DNA of 64,000 nt from Dehalococcoidia bacterium (GTDB taxonomy: Bacteria > Chloroflexota > Dehalococcoidia > Bin125), in assembly GCA_022822855.1 (NCBI GenBank), contig JAJDYG010000009.1, positions 32,460-96,459 on the forward strand, in the 5' to 3' direction. Shown here one piece after another: positions 1 to 9,516 of this stretch. The notes under the pieces were generated by a model. The model did not search any database, had not been told where the DNA came from, and was given only the letters and a program-made list of their open reading frames with translations. The position numbers were made by a program, and so were the translations under genes. The first letter of the stretch is position 1. Each line of letters starts with the position of its first letter.

Positions 1-12
1 CATGTGTAGGCC

Positions 13-29
13 TTTACACTTCGCCAATC
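13..29 (+). promoter_or_regulatory. Conserved motif upstream of SBP gene (TTACACTTCGCCAATC)
   Basis: Related 16-17-mers occur 49-57 nt upstream of the three plus-strand SBP starts (13-29, 2205-2221, 7307-7323). Confidence 0.4.
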
Positions 30-62
30 TGCTGCCGAACCGAACAGCAAAGGAGCAAGCGG

Positions 63-2099
63 ATGAGCGAGCGACAAGACGGTAGGAACTACTGGCAACG
101 CATGGGGCGGAATCGGATGAGCCGGCGTGCATTGCTGCGCGCCTCGGGCCGCGCCGGGGTCGGCGCGACCGGCTTGGCGCTGGTCGGCTGTGGCGACGAC
201 GATGACGACAGCGTCTCGCAGGTCGCTCAACAGCAGCAACAGCAACAGCAGGCGATGCAGCAGCAGGCCGCGCAGCAACAGCAGCAGCAGGCCATGCAGC
301 AGCAGCAGCAAGAGCAGGCTGCCGAACAGGCCGCGCAACAGGCCGACCAGCAGGAAGAGCAGGCGGTCGCCGACGCCGAACAGCAGCAGCAACAACAAGC
401 GGCTGCAGCCGTTCCGGAGACGGGCATTCCAACCTACGGCGGCACGATGCGCCGTTCATCGACGATCGAGACGCACGACTATTGGGACCCGCACCGCGGT
501 GTCTTCGGACCGACCCAGTTCATGCACTCGATGCTCTACAACAACCTGATCCGCTGGAAGAACAAGGAGAAGGCGGAGATGGAGGCAGACATCGCTGGTC
601 TGCCCGAGATCCCCGATCCGACGACGTACGTGTTCTCGCTCAATCCTCGCGCGGCGTGGCACGATGCCTACCCGACCGAGGGTGGCCGCAACATCACCGC
701 CGAAGACATCGTGGTCAACGTCGACCGCAACACGGCCGGCGTCGACTCGACCGGCGCCGAGGATGGTTCATTCCTGGGATTGTCGAGCTGGCGAAAGATC
801 GCGTCGGTCGAGGCAGTTGACGAGACGACGCTGCGCACGACGTCGGACGGGATCGACTCCACGTACCTGTCGGCAACCTTCCTGAGGCCGTTTGGCTGGA
901 TGGCCGCGCCGGAGGGCATCCGCGAGTGGGGCACTGAATCGGACGTCTGGCGCGACGACCCGACCACCTTGCGCGTCGCGGGCTCGGGGCCGTTCATCGC
1001 CGAGAGCTACGAGCCGACCGAGGTGTTCGTCGCGAACCGCAACCCGAACTACTGGAAGGACGACGCCTGGGGCCAGCAATTGCCCTACGTCGACCGGATG
1101 GAGTACTACAACCTCTTCGACGAGACGGCGATCGAAACCGCCTTGCGCTCGAAGGAGTTGGACGGCGCCTGGCTCAACATCAGCCGGGTCGAGTCACTGC
1201 TCGGCGACTTCCCCCAGATGCAGCGCAACACGGTCGGCGGCGGTTTCACGATCATGATCCGCACCAACTACAACCCCGACTGGCCGGGCGAGGACGGCGA
1301 GGGCAACCCCTGGCTCGACCGCCGCGTCGCCGCCGCCTTCCACCTGGCCACCGACCGGTATCTGATGATCGACACGGTCTATCTCGGTTCGGCCAAGCCG
1401 TCGGTGTTGGAAGAAATCCCCTGGTTCTCCACGTTCTGGTCACCTAGCCAGGAGGAGATGACGAACATCCCAGGCTTCCGCGCCGATCACGAGGCTGATC
1501 TTCAGGAAGCCAACGAGCTGATGGACGCCAGCGGCTTCCGCGACACAGGCCGATCGATCTACCTGTTCGCGCCTGACGTCTGGGAGCAGCGCTACCCCGG
1601 CATCGTCGAGACGGCGAAGAACATGTACGAGTCCGGTCTCGGCATCGGGGTCGAAATCAGCATCGACCCGTACACGATCCTGCTCCAGCGATTGGTCGAC
1701 GGCACCTCCACCGGTCAGATTCCCTGCTGGACTAACCCGCCCTCCGACCTCGACCCAACCAGCTACTGGCTCAACGGCCGCGTGCCGGGCGGTTCGGCGA
1801 ACTTCTACAGCTACGAGAACCCGCGCGTGACTGAGATCGCTGAGGAGATGAAGGTCACCCTCGATCTCGAGGCCAAGGGCGAACTCGGACGCGAGATGGT
1901 CGAACTGCAGCTGGGCATCCACCCCGACTATGGCTGGGAATCGCTCTCACCAGGTCTGGGCGTGATGAACCCGGTGTCGAACGAGGCGGCGTGGCCGTGG
2001 TACCACGTCATTCCCGACGGCTACCAGTTCGCTCACCAGGGCCACAAGATCGTCGAAGAGCTGTGGCTCGACACCGCCCACGAGGAGTACCCCGCCTGA
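63..2099 (+). CDS. ABC transporter substrate-binding protein, family 5 (peptide/nickel, DppA/OppA-like); Tat-signal lipoprotein with Q-rich linker
   Basis: N-terminal twin-arginine motif (SRRALLRASGRAGVG) followed by a lipobox (LALVGCGDDDDD). A ~90-aa Gln/Ala/Glu low-complexity linker follows, then a long family-5 SBP-like body. Three paralogs in the window share this architecture. Confidence 0.85.
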   Translation: MSERQDGRNYWQRMGRNRMSRRALLRASGRAGVGATGLALVGCGDDDDDSVSQVAQQQQQQQQAMQQQAAQQQQQQAMQQQQQEQAAEQAAQQADQQEEQAVADAEQQQQQQAAAAVPETGIPTYGGTMRRSSTIETHDYWDPHRGVFGPTQFMHSMLYNNLIRWKNKEKAEMEADIAGLPEIPDPTTYVFSLNPRAAWHDAYPTEGGRNITAEDIVVNVDRNTAGVDSTGAEDGSFLGLSSWRKIASVEAVDETTLRTTSDGIDSTYLSATFLRPFGWMAAPEGIREWGTESDVWRDDPTTLRVAGSGPFIAESYEPTEVFVANRNPNYWKDDAWGQQLPYVDRMEYYNLFDETAIETALRSKELDGAWLNISRVESLLGDFPQMQRNTVGGGFTIMIRTNYNPDWPGEDGEGNPWLDRRVAAAFHLATDRYLMIDTVYLGSAKPSVLEEIPWFSTFWSPSQEEMTNIPGFRADHEADLQEANELMDASGFRDTGRSIYLFAPDVWEQRYPGIVETAKNMYESGLGIGVEISIDPYTILLQRLVDGTSTGQIPCWTNPPSDLDPTSYWLNGRVPGGSANFYSYENPRVTEIAEEMKVTLDLEAKGELGREMVELQLGIHPDYGWESLSPGLGVMNPVSNEAAWPWYHVIPDGYQFAHQGHKIVEELWLDTAHEEYPA

Positions 2100-2108
2100 T
2101 CAACTAGT

Positions 2109-2160
2109 CGCCCGGCTTGCGACTCGGCTCACTACCTGGGAGCCGCGCAGCCGGGCGGCG
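2109..2160 (+). terminator. Intercistronic nested stem-loop after SBP gene 1
   Basis: GCCCGGCT...GACTCGGCTC-actacctgg-GAGCCG...AGCCGGGC, followed by a GTTTGCGCCGTGGTTTTGGG T-rich tract. Confidence 0.4.
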
Positions 2161-2204
2161 TCGTTTGCGCCGTGGTTTTGGGTTGGCGTGTGAGGTGTCA
2201 AATG

Positions 2205-2221
2205 GCTTACACTCTGCCAAT
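2205..2221 (+). promoter_or_regulatory. Conserved motif upstream of SBP gene (CTTACACTCTGCCAATC)
   Basis: Copy 2 of the SBP-upstream motif. Confidence 0.4.
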
Positions 2222-2253
2222 CCAAGGCTGAGCGAGACAATGGGAGGCCCAGG

Positions 2254-4269
2254 ATGAGCGACCGAAACTATTGGCAGCGGCTGAGGCGGAAGCAGATGAG
2301 TCGCCGGACGCTCTTGCGGGCGTCCGGTCGAGCCGGGGTGGGCGCCGCCGGCCTGGCGCTGGTCGGTTGCGGCGGCGACGACGATGACGACAGTGCCTCG
2401 CAGGTTGCTCAGCCGCAGCAACAGCAACAGCAGGCGACGCAGCAGCAGGCCCAACCGCAACAACAGCAGCAGGCCATGCAGCAGCAGGCCCAGCAACAGC
2501 AGGCAGAGGACTCTGCCGATCAGCAGGCCCAACAAGCCGACCAGCAAGAGCAAACCGTTGCTGACGCCGACGATCAGCAGCAGCAACAAGTCGCGGCGTC
2601 CAATATCGTCCGCGGAGGAGACCTGCGGTTCTCAACGCCTGCTGCAACCCACGACTATTTCGACCCGCACAGAGCCGTCTTTGGGCCCACCCAATTCTGG
2701 ATGGGCTTCTACATGAACTATCTGATTCGCTGGCGCAACAAGGAACAGGGGATTCTTGAGGCGGATGTCGCTTCGTTGCCGGAGATTCCCGATGACGAGA
2801 CATACATCTTTCGCGTTGACCAGGGGGCTCGCTACTGGGATCAGTACCCGACGGAAGGCGGGCGCGAGGTCACTGCCGAGGACATCCGATTGAATTTCCT
2901 GCGGCAGATCGAGGCCGTCGACGCTAATGGCGCTGAAGACGGTACCTTCCTTGGGGCATCGGCCTTCCGCAAGACCGCCTCGATGGACGTGCCGGACGAG
3001 ACGACCTTTGTCGCCAAGACGGACGGTCCGGACGCGACTTGGATGGGCGTTCCCCTACGTCCGTTTAGCTGGATCACCAGCCCCGAAGCGATCACGGAGT
3101 TTGGCGACCGCTGGCGCGACGAGCCGTCCAATGTCGAACTGTCGTCGGGAACCGGAATGTTCATCCCCCAGAACTTCGATCCGGACATCGGGATCGATAT
3201 GGTTCGCAACGACAACTACTGGAAGATGGGCGCCGACGGGCAGCCGCTGCCTTACAACGACACTGTCACGCTCTCGAACCTGACTGATCCCACCGCCGTT
3301 GAGGCTGCATACCGCGGACGTGAGATCTTCGTGGGCGGGTTCCCGCTCTCCTCCGTCCAGGCTGAGAGCATTCTTGGCGACTTCCCCGACCACGGCCAGG
3401 GACAGATCGCGTTCGGATTCACGATCATCACCGGCGGCGCGAACTTCAACGCCGATTATCCCGGAGAAGATGGTCTCGGTAATCCCTGGATCGATCGCCG
3501 CTTCACTCAGGCCATGCACGTCGCGGTCGATCGCTACCTGATGATTGACACCGTCTATCTCGGATCAGGAAAGCCCTCCGGGATGGGCGAGACGCCTTGG
3601 TACAACGCCTTCTGGGCGATTCCCGAGGACGAGCTCCTGCAGACGCCGGGCTTCCGCCCGGATCGCGAGGCTGACATCGCAGAGGCCCGGGCACTGTTCG
3701 ATGCGACCGGCTACGACCGGAGCCGCGGACTGACGCTGATTGCGCCTGACATCTGGGAAGGCACCTACCCGGGCATTCTTGAGACTGAGGTTGGCATGTA
3801 TCGCGAGGCCCTCGACCTCGAGGTCAGCTTCGACGTTCAGCCGTACACGGTCATCCTCCAGCGTTGGATCGAAGGCACGTATCCCGGTCAGGGTCCGCAA
3901 TGGACGAACCCGCCCTCCGACCTCGATCCGACAACGTCCTACAACAACAACTACATCCCGGGCGGCAGCACCAACAACCTCGCGTACGATCACCCGCGCA
4001 TGACGGAGATCGCTGAGACCATGACGGTCACCCTGGACCTGGAACAGCGCCAGCAGTTGGCCCACGAGGCTCAGCGGATCCTGCTTGGGACCCATCCTGA
4101 CTATGGGCTCGATGGTGTTGCCAACAGCCCGGGTGTGATGAACGGTATCTCGCCGGCAGTCTGGTGGCCGTTCGTCCATCGCAACGACGACACGCTCCAG
4201 TTTGCCCATGCCAGTCACCGCTACGACGACACCTGGGTCGACACTACTCACCCGGACTACCCGGCTTAG
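2254..4269 (+). CDS. ABC transporter substrate-binding protein, family 5 (paralog 2)
   Basis: Same N-terminal pattern (NYWQRLRRKQMSRRTLLRASGRAGVGAAGLALVGCGGDDDDD) and Q-rich linker. Conserved blocks shared with 63-2099 include FSTPAATHDYFDPHRAVFGPTQFWMGFYMNYLIRW and WTNPPSDLDPT. Confidence 0.85.
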   Translation: MSDRNYWQRLRRKQMSRRTLLRASGRAGVGAAGLALVGCGGDDDDDSASQVAQPQQQQQQATQQQAQPQQQQQAMQQQAQQQQAEDSADQQAQQADQQEQTVADADDQQQQQVAASNIVRGGDLRFSTPAATHDYFDPHRAVFGPTQFWMGFYMNYLIRWRNKEQGILEADVASLPEIPDDETYIFRVDQGARYWDQYPTEGGREVTAEDIRLNFLRQIEAVDANGAEDGTFLGASAFRKTASMDVPDETTFVAKTDGPDATWMGVPLRPFSWITSPEAITEFGDRWRDEPSNVELSSGTGMFIPQNFDPDIGIDMVRNDNYWKMGADGQPLPYNDTVTLSNLTDPTAVEAAYRGREIFVGGFPLSSVQAESILGDFPDHGQGQIAFGFTIITGGANFNADYPGEDGLGNPWIDRRFTQAMHVAVDRYLMIDTVYLGSGKPSGMGETPWYNAFWAIPEDELLQTPGFRPDREADIAEARALFDATGYDRSRGLTLIAPDIWEGTYPGILETEVGMYREALDLEVSFDVQPYTVILQRWIEGTYPGQGPQWTNPPSDLDPTTSYNNNYIPGGSTNNLAYDHPRMTEIAETMTVTLDLEQRQQLAHEAQRILLGTHPDYGLDGVANSPGVMNGISPAVWWPFVHRNDDTLQFAHASHRYDDTWVDTTHPDYPA

Positions 4270-4324
4270 GGGCGGACGACTCACGACGTCTGGACGGCCA
4301 GAAGCGAACTAGTCGGGAGCAGCG

Positions 4325-5950
4325 ATGCAGCGATATCTCATCCAACGCCTAATCCTCGTGATTCCGACGCTTTGGTTGGTGATCTCGCTGCTCTTCTTGG
4401 CTCTGCGGGCACTGCCGGGAGACTTCGTCACCCGTAAGCTCTCCAACCTTGAGAACCAGGGCGCTGAGCAGCGCGAGTCGGAAATCGTCGGCTTCATAGA
4501 AGTCGAGGACACGACACACCGGGTGATCTCGGGCGACACCCTGGAGGACATCGCAACGGAGAACGCCACGACCGTCTCCGCGTTGCTCGCTCAGAACCCG
4601 GATCTCGACACATCGGGCGAGCTCAGGCCCGGCACCCGGATCACCGTCATTCCTGGCCAGTTGCTGTCGCAGATCGCCATCGGAGAGAAAATTTCACTGC
4701 CTGAAGAAGTGGATACCGGCGTGCAGTTGCTGCTCGACCGCAACCCGGACGTTGACTTTCCTCAGTATCAGGGCCAGCCTTACGCGGAAGCAGGGACGAT
4801 TCTGATCCTGCGGAACACTCTGACGCTCGATGAACTGGCGCACGTCAACCGGATCGATGCCAGCGACATCCTCGCGGTCAATCCCACCGGCAGCGCTAGC
4901 AATCCCGACGGGAACTTATCGGCCGACACGCAATTGATCCCAACAGGACTTGTGGTTGCCGAAGAGGGCGACACGCTTGAAGGGCTCGCCGCGGCATTCG
5001 GTCGCGACCTCGAAGCGATGACCGCGGCTAACCGTGGAGTAGACCCGGCCGAACCCTTAGAAGCGGGGACAGACATTCTCATCCCCTCGGACCGGATCGT
5101 GACTCCGACTACCAAAATCACCGAGGCAAACATTCGGCATCGACTGGGCATCGACAAGCCGCTAGGCACTCAGTACATCGATTTCCTCTGGGAGACTGTG
5201 CGGTTGAAGTTCCGGCCGTCCTTCCAGACCCAGGAAGGGTCGCTGGACATCTTCCTGCGCGCCTTGCCGCGGACGTTGCACCTGAATGTCTACGCGTTGA
5301 TCGTGGCCCTGGTGATCGCCCTACCGGTCGGCATTCTGTCCGCGATGCGGCAGGACCGGCCTCTGGACTATGCCTTGCGCGGGTTCGCCATCCTCGCGCT
5401 GGCCGCGCCTTCCTTCTGGATCGCAACGATGATGATCTTTGTCGTCACACCGGGAGGCATTTCAGAAGCCGGGATCTGGTCGATTCCGCTGACATCGGAA
5501 GAGGCGAGATCGGTCTTCTCCTCCTTCACCGGAGCTCTGGCCCTGTACTCGATTCCTGCCGTCGCTGGCGGCATCGCAGCGGGAGCCGGCTTGATGCGGA
5601 TCACCCGGTCCGAACTGCTTGAGGTGCTGCGACAGGACTACGTCCGTACCGCATGGTCCAAGGGGCTCCGCGAACGAACAGTGATTCGCCGTCACGCGAT
5701 GCGCAACGCCCTGGTCAACGTGATGAGCGTCCTCGGCCTGCAGATTGCAGCGCTGGTCGGCGGCAACATCATCCTCGAGCTGCTGTTCAACATCCCAGGC
5801 ATCGGACTGTTGCTCATTCAGCGCATCAATCAGGCCGACCTGCCGGTCGTGCAGACGATGGTGTTCTTCTTCGCCCTGTTCATCATCATCGTGAACATCA
5901 TCATCGACATCTCGTACGCGGTGATTGACCCGCGTATTCGATACACCTAA
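4325..5950 (+). CDS. ABC transporter permease, DppB/OppB-like, with ~230-aa periplasmic insertion containing LysM-like repeats
   Basis: N-terminal TM helix plus the PGD motif typical of DppB. The conserved LGIDKPLGTQYIDFLW segment and C-terminal TM core (ALRNALVNV..IDISYAVIDPRIRY) are present. Between TM1 and the LGIDKP block lie three LysM-like units, e.g. HRVISGDTLEDIATENATTVSALLAQNPDLDTSGELRPGTRITVIPG. Confidence 0.85.
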   Translation: MQRYLIQRLILVIPTLWLVISLLFLALRALPGDFVTRKLSNLENQGAEQRESEIVGFIEVEDTTHRVISGDTLEDIATENATTVSALLAQNPDLDTSGELRPGTRITVIPGQLLSQIAIGEKISLPEEVDTGVQLLLDRNPDVDFPQYQGQPYAEAGTILILRNTLTLDELAHVNRIDASDILAVNPTGSASNPDGNLSADTQLIPTGLVVAEEGDTLEGLAAAFGRDLEAMTAANRGVDPAEPLEAGTDILIPSDRIVTPTTKITEANIRHRLGIDKPLGTQYIDFLWETVRLKFRPSFQTQEGSLDIFLRALPRTLHLNVYALIVALVIALPVGILSAMRQDRPLDYALRGFAILALAAPSFWIATMMIFVVTPGGISEAGIWSIPLTSEEARSVFSSFTGALALYSIPAVAGGIAAGAGLMRITRSELLEVLRQDYVRTAWSKGLRERTVIRRHAMRNALVNVMSVLGLQIAALVGGNIILELLFNIPGIGLLLIQRINQADLPVVQTMVFFFALFIIIVNIIIDISYAVIDPRIRYT

Positions 5951-5973
5951 TCGGTTGGCCCGGGGGTAGCACC

Positions 5974-7215
5974 ATGAGTGACGAACGGCAATCGAATTCT
6001 GCGCAGCTGGAAGAGTTCGCGCAGGCCCAGGGACTTCGCGTCGAGGAACGAAGCACGTTCCAACTGGTCTCGAGAGCGCTCGTCTCATTCTTCAAAACCA
6101 AGCCGCTCGGCGCTGCCGGTCTGATGCTCGTGGTGGTCTGGTCAATCATCGCCGTGGGCACGGTTGGTTCAGGCGGCGGCTGGCTCGGCATCGGTCGCTA
6201 CGACTCGCAGGATGTCTTCAAGGTCGCCAACGCCAGCTTTGCCGACGACAAGATCGCAAACGAACTTGACGGCAAGCCGGCAGACATTTCTGACGGCGAA
6301 CTGCGCGAGCTGCTCCTTAACCCCGCCGTCTACGGCGATCTGGCCAGGGATTCGGGCGTTCTCGATGACATGCTGGAGTATGTCGAAGGGCGAATCGCCG
6401 ACGGCACCTTGCTCACTCATCTACAGGAGATAGACCCAGCGCAAATCGAGATCGCCAACGGCGTCATCGCGGATGTCGATGATCTGCTCGCCACCGGTAC
6501 CAACACTCCGTTGACGACGGCTTCGTTGCAGGGTCCGTCGCCCAAACACTGGTTCGGCACCGACCGCGCCGGGCATGACCTCTTCTCCCGCGTCACCGAA
6601 GGCGCGCGTCTGTCGCTCTACATCGGCTTCTTCGCCACCTTGATAGGTGTTGTCGCCGGAACCGCGATCGGGCTGATCTCTGGCGGCTTGGGCGGCAACA
6701 TCGACCTAGCGATCAACCGCCTGATGGACGCGCTGCTCTCCTTCCCGCCGATTGTGCTGTTGCTGCTCCTTCGTTCAGTCACTGAACCTTCGGCGCTCTG
6801 GGTGACATTGGCTCTCTCGGTGCTGGCGGTCGGACCTGTCCAGCGCATCGTGCGAGGCGCGGTAATCGCACTGCGGGAAATGCCGTTCGTCGAGGCGGCG
6901 CGCACCCTCGGCGCGACCAACGCGCGGATCATGTTGCTGCATATTCTGCCCAACATCGTCGCGCCGCTGATCGTGATCTTCTCGATTACGATCGGCGCCT
7001 TCATCCTCGCCGAGGCAGCGCTCAGCTTCCTCGGCCTGGGCACGCTGGACGTCTCCTGGGGCAAGATGATTGCCGACGGCCGCCAGTTCATCGTCCAGTC
7101 GCCGTGGACGTCACTGTTCGCCGGCCTCGCTCTGACCAGCTTGGTCTTCGGCTTCAACGTCCTCGGTGACGCCTTGCGGGACGTCTTTGATCCCCGTCTC
7201 CGTGGCAGTCGCTGA
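5974..7215 (+). CDS. ABC transporter permease, DppC/OppC-like, with extended N-terminal periplasmic region
   Basis: HWFGTDRAGHDLFSRV motif, EAA-like loop and C-terminal GDALRDVFDPRLRG. About 110 aa longer than typical DppC. Confidence 0.85.
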   Translation: MSDERQSNSAQLEEFAQAQGLRVEERSTFQLVSRALVSFFKTKPLGAAGLMLVVVWSIIAVGTVGSGGGWLGIGRYDSQDVFKVANASFADDKIANELDGKPADISDGELRELLLNPAVYGDLARDSGVLDDMLEYVEGRIADGTLLTHLQEIDPAQIEIANGVIADVDDLLATGTNTPLTTASLQGPSPKHWFGTDRAGHDLFSRVTEGARLSLYIGFFATLIGVVAGTAIGLISGGLGGNIDLAINRLMDALLSFPPIVLLLLLRSVTEPSALWVTLALSVLAVGPVQRIVRGAVIALREMPFVEAARTLGATNARIMLLHILPNIVAPLIVIFSITIGAFILAEAALSFLGLGTLDVSWGKMIADGRQFIVQSPWTSLFAGLALTSLVFGFNVLGDALRDVFDPRLRGSR

Positions 7216-7306
7216 CCAGTCCAGTCCTGAAGCTGAACTGTCCAACCTCTCAGCCGGTCCGGCGGGAGCCTGGCACGTGTCTTTGGCGCGAACTGGGCGT
7301 CGTCAA

Positions 7307-7323
7307 GTAGACTGTGCCAACTG
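7307..7323 (+). promoter_or_regulatory. Conserved motif upstream of SBP gene (GTAGACTGTGCCAACTG)
   Basis: Copy 3 of the SBP-upstream motif, more diverged. It is followed by the hairpin CAGCACG-N9-CGTGCTG. Confidence 0.35.
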
Positions 7324-7363
7324 TCAGCACGCGCCTTAGACGTGCTGAGAAGGAGCGAGATTC

Positions 7364-9376
7364 ATGCCCGAGCGGAACTACTGGCAACGCATTCGACGCA
7401 ACAAGATGAGTCGGCGCGCGCTCTTGCGCGCATCGGGAAGGGCAGGAGTCGGTGCCGCCGGTTTGGCCCTCGTCGGCTGTGGCGGCGACGATGACGACGA
7501 CCAACAGTCCGTTGCTCAGACAGCCGATCAGCAGCAACAGCAGCAGCAGGCCATGCAACAGCAGGCCGATCAGCAGCAGCAACAGCAGGCGATGCAGCAG
7601 CAATCGCAGGAACAGCAAGCTGAGCAGGCTGCACAGCAGGCCGACCAGGAAGAGCAGGAGACGGCAGCCCAGGCCCAACAACAGCAACAGCAACAGGCCG
7701 CCAGCGTCGACCGCTACGGCGGAACACTGCGTTTCTCGACCCCTGCTGCGACCCACGACTTCTTCGACCCACATCGTGGCGTGTTCGGCCCCACCCAGTA
7801 CTGGATGGGGTTCTACATGAACTACATGATCCGCTGGGCCACGAAGGAAGGCGGGGTCATGGAGGAGGACATCACCTCCTTGCCCGAGCTGCCCGATGCC
7901 GAGACCTACATCTTCAGCGTCGACCGAGGCGCGCGCTACTGGGATCAGTACCCCACAGAGGGTGGTCGCGAGGTCACCGCTTCCGACATTCAGCTCAACT
8001 TCGAACGGCAGATCGAGGCGCTCGACGCGGAGGGCAACCCTGACGCCCGCTTCCGCGGCCAGGATGCATTCAAGAAGACCGCCTCGATGGAAGTGCCCGA
8101 CGATGGCACTTTCATCGCCCGCACCGATGGCCCCGATGCGACCTACCTCGGCGGCACCATTCTGCGTCCCTTCTCTTGGATTACCTCACCCGAGGGCATC
8201 CAGGAGTTCGGCACTCGCTGGCGCGACGAGACCGCCAACGTCGAGCTCTCGTCGGGTACCGGGCCGTACATTCCGCAGACCTACGACCCGGACATTGGCA
8301 TCTACCTTGAGCGCAACCCCAACTACTGGAAGAACGCGTCGGATGGCAGCCAGCTGCCGTTCATGGACGCCGTCGAGTTCGTCAACCTGACCGATGCGAC
8401 CGCCGTTGACGCCGCCTATCGCGGCAAGGGCATCGACATCGGTGGATTTCCGCTGTCTGCGGTACAGGTGGAGGAGTTGACCGGTGACTTCCCGGACCAT
8501 GAGGTCCGTGAGGGCGCGTTCGGATTCACCGTCGTCACGGTGATGGGCACGTACCAGCCCGGCTGGGAAGGCTCGGACGGTCTGGGCAATCCTTACCTCG
8601 ACCGGCGCTTCGCGTACGCGATGAACGTGGCGGTCGACCGCGACCTGCTGATCGATGCGGTCTACCTGGGAGCGGCCAAGCCGTCCGCGACACACTTCTG
8701 CCCCTGGTTCTCGACCTACTGGACGATTCCGCCGGAGGAGCTGCGCACGATTCCGGGCTTCCGCCTGAACCGCGACGAGGACATCCAGTTGTGCCGTGAG
8801 TTGATTGCTGCGTCCGGGTTTGACACCGACCGGACAGTCACGATCTACATCCCGGACCTTTGGGAGCAGACCTACCCGGGTATCACCGAGACGACCCGCA
8901 ACATGTACGCCGAGGCGACCGGCATCAACGTCGAGCTGGACATCCAGCCGTACACGGTGATGCAGGACCGCTACGACAACCAGACCTTCCCCGGCCGAGC
9001 GCCGACCTGGACCAACCCTCCGGCCGACCTCGACCCAACCGCGCAGTTCACGCTGTCGCTCAAGGTCGGTGGTGCCTCGAACCTGACCCAGTACAACTAC
9101 GCTCCAACAGAGGAGATCGTTGACGAGATGGCGGTCACGCTGGACACCGAACAGCGCCGCGACATGGGACTCAAGGTGCAGCGAATCGGCCTCGGCGTCG
9201 ATGAAGAGCACGGCCTTGACGGCATCTTCGGCTGGTTCGGTGTGATGAACGGTATCGCGCCGACAATCTGGTGGCCGTACGTCAACCGCCCGGACCACAC
9301 CTGGCAGTTCGCGCACGACTCCCACAACTTCGACACGGCCTGGGTCGACACCCAACACGCCGAGTACCCGGCATAA
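7364..9376 (+). CDS. ABC transporter substrate-binding protein, family 5 (paralog 3)
   Basis: Tat motif plus lipobox, Q-rich linker, and paralogous blocks shared with the other SBPs. Confidence 0.85.
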   Translation: MPERNYWQRIRRNKMSRRALLRASGRAGVGAAGLALVGCGGDDDDDQQSVAQTADQQQQQQQAMQQQADQQQQQQAMQQQSQEQQAEQAAQQADQEEQETAAQAQQQQQQQAASVDRYGGTLRFSTPAATHDFFDPHRGVFGPTQYWMGFYMNYMIRWATKEGGVMEEDITSLPELPDAETYIFSVDRGARYWDQYPTEGGREVTASDIQLNFERQIEALDAEGNPDARFRGQDAFKKTASMEVPDDGTFIARTDGPDATYLGGTILRPFSWITSPEGIQEFGTRWRDETANVELSSGTGPYIPQTYDPDIGIYLERNPNYWKNASDGSQLPFMDAVEFVNLTDATAVDAAYRGKGIDIGGFPLSAVQVEELTGDFPDHEVREGAFGFTVVTVMGTYQPGWEGSDGLGNPYLDRRFAYAMNVAVDRDLLIDAVYLGAAKPSATHFCPWFSTYWTIPPEELRTIPGFRLNRDEDIQLCRELIAASGFDTDRTVTIYIPDLWEQTYPGITETTRNMYAEATGINVELDIQPYTVMQDRYDNQTFPGRAPTWTNPPADLDPTAQFTLSLKVGGASNLTQYNYAPTEEIVDEMAVTLDTEQRRDMGLKVQRIGLGVDEEHGLDGIFGWFGVMNGIAPTIWWPYVNRPDHTWQFAHDSHNFDTAWVDTQHAEYPA

Positions 9377-9383
9377 CAACCGG

Positions 9384-9412
9384 GTCTGTCAGGACGAACC
9401 GCGCTCGGCTCC
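9384..9412 (+). terminator. Intercistronic stem-loop between SBP gene 3 and permease gene
   Basis: GGCTCCCCTGCC-tgca-TGGCAAGGGAGCC, a near-perfect palindrome just after the stop at 9376. Confidence 0.4.
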
Positions 9413-9516
9413 CCTGCCTGCATGGCAAGGGAGCCGAAGCAGCCGGCGAGCGACATCGCCGAGCGAGGCCGGATTTCCCCAGCAGCATCCTGCTCAAGCA
9501 GGAGTGACGGGATCAC

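Noticed and set aside
127-549. Overlapping ORFs inside the SBP Q-rich regions (127-549, 227-427, 2104-2589, 2207-2803, 2384-2716, 7250-7774, 7362-7772, 7452-7820, 42259-42528, 42290-42709, 42381-42596)
   Set aside because: These are alternative-frame or opposite-strand readings of CAG/CTG/GCC repeat DNA, giving poly-C, poly-L, poly-S or poly-R translations. They are artifacts of the low-complexity linker-coding sequence.
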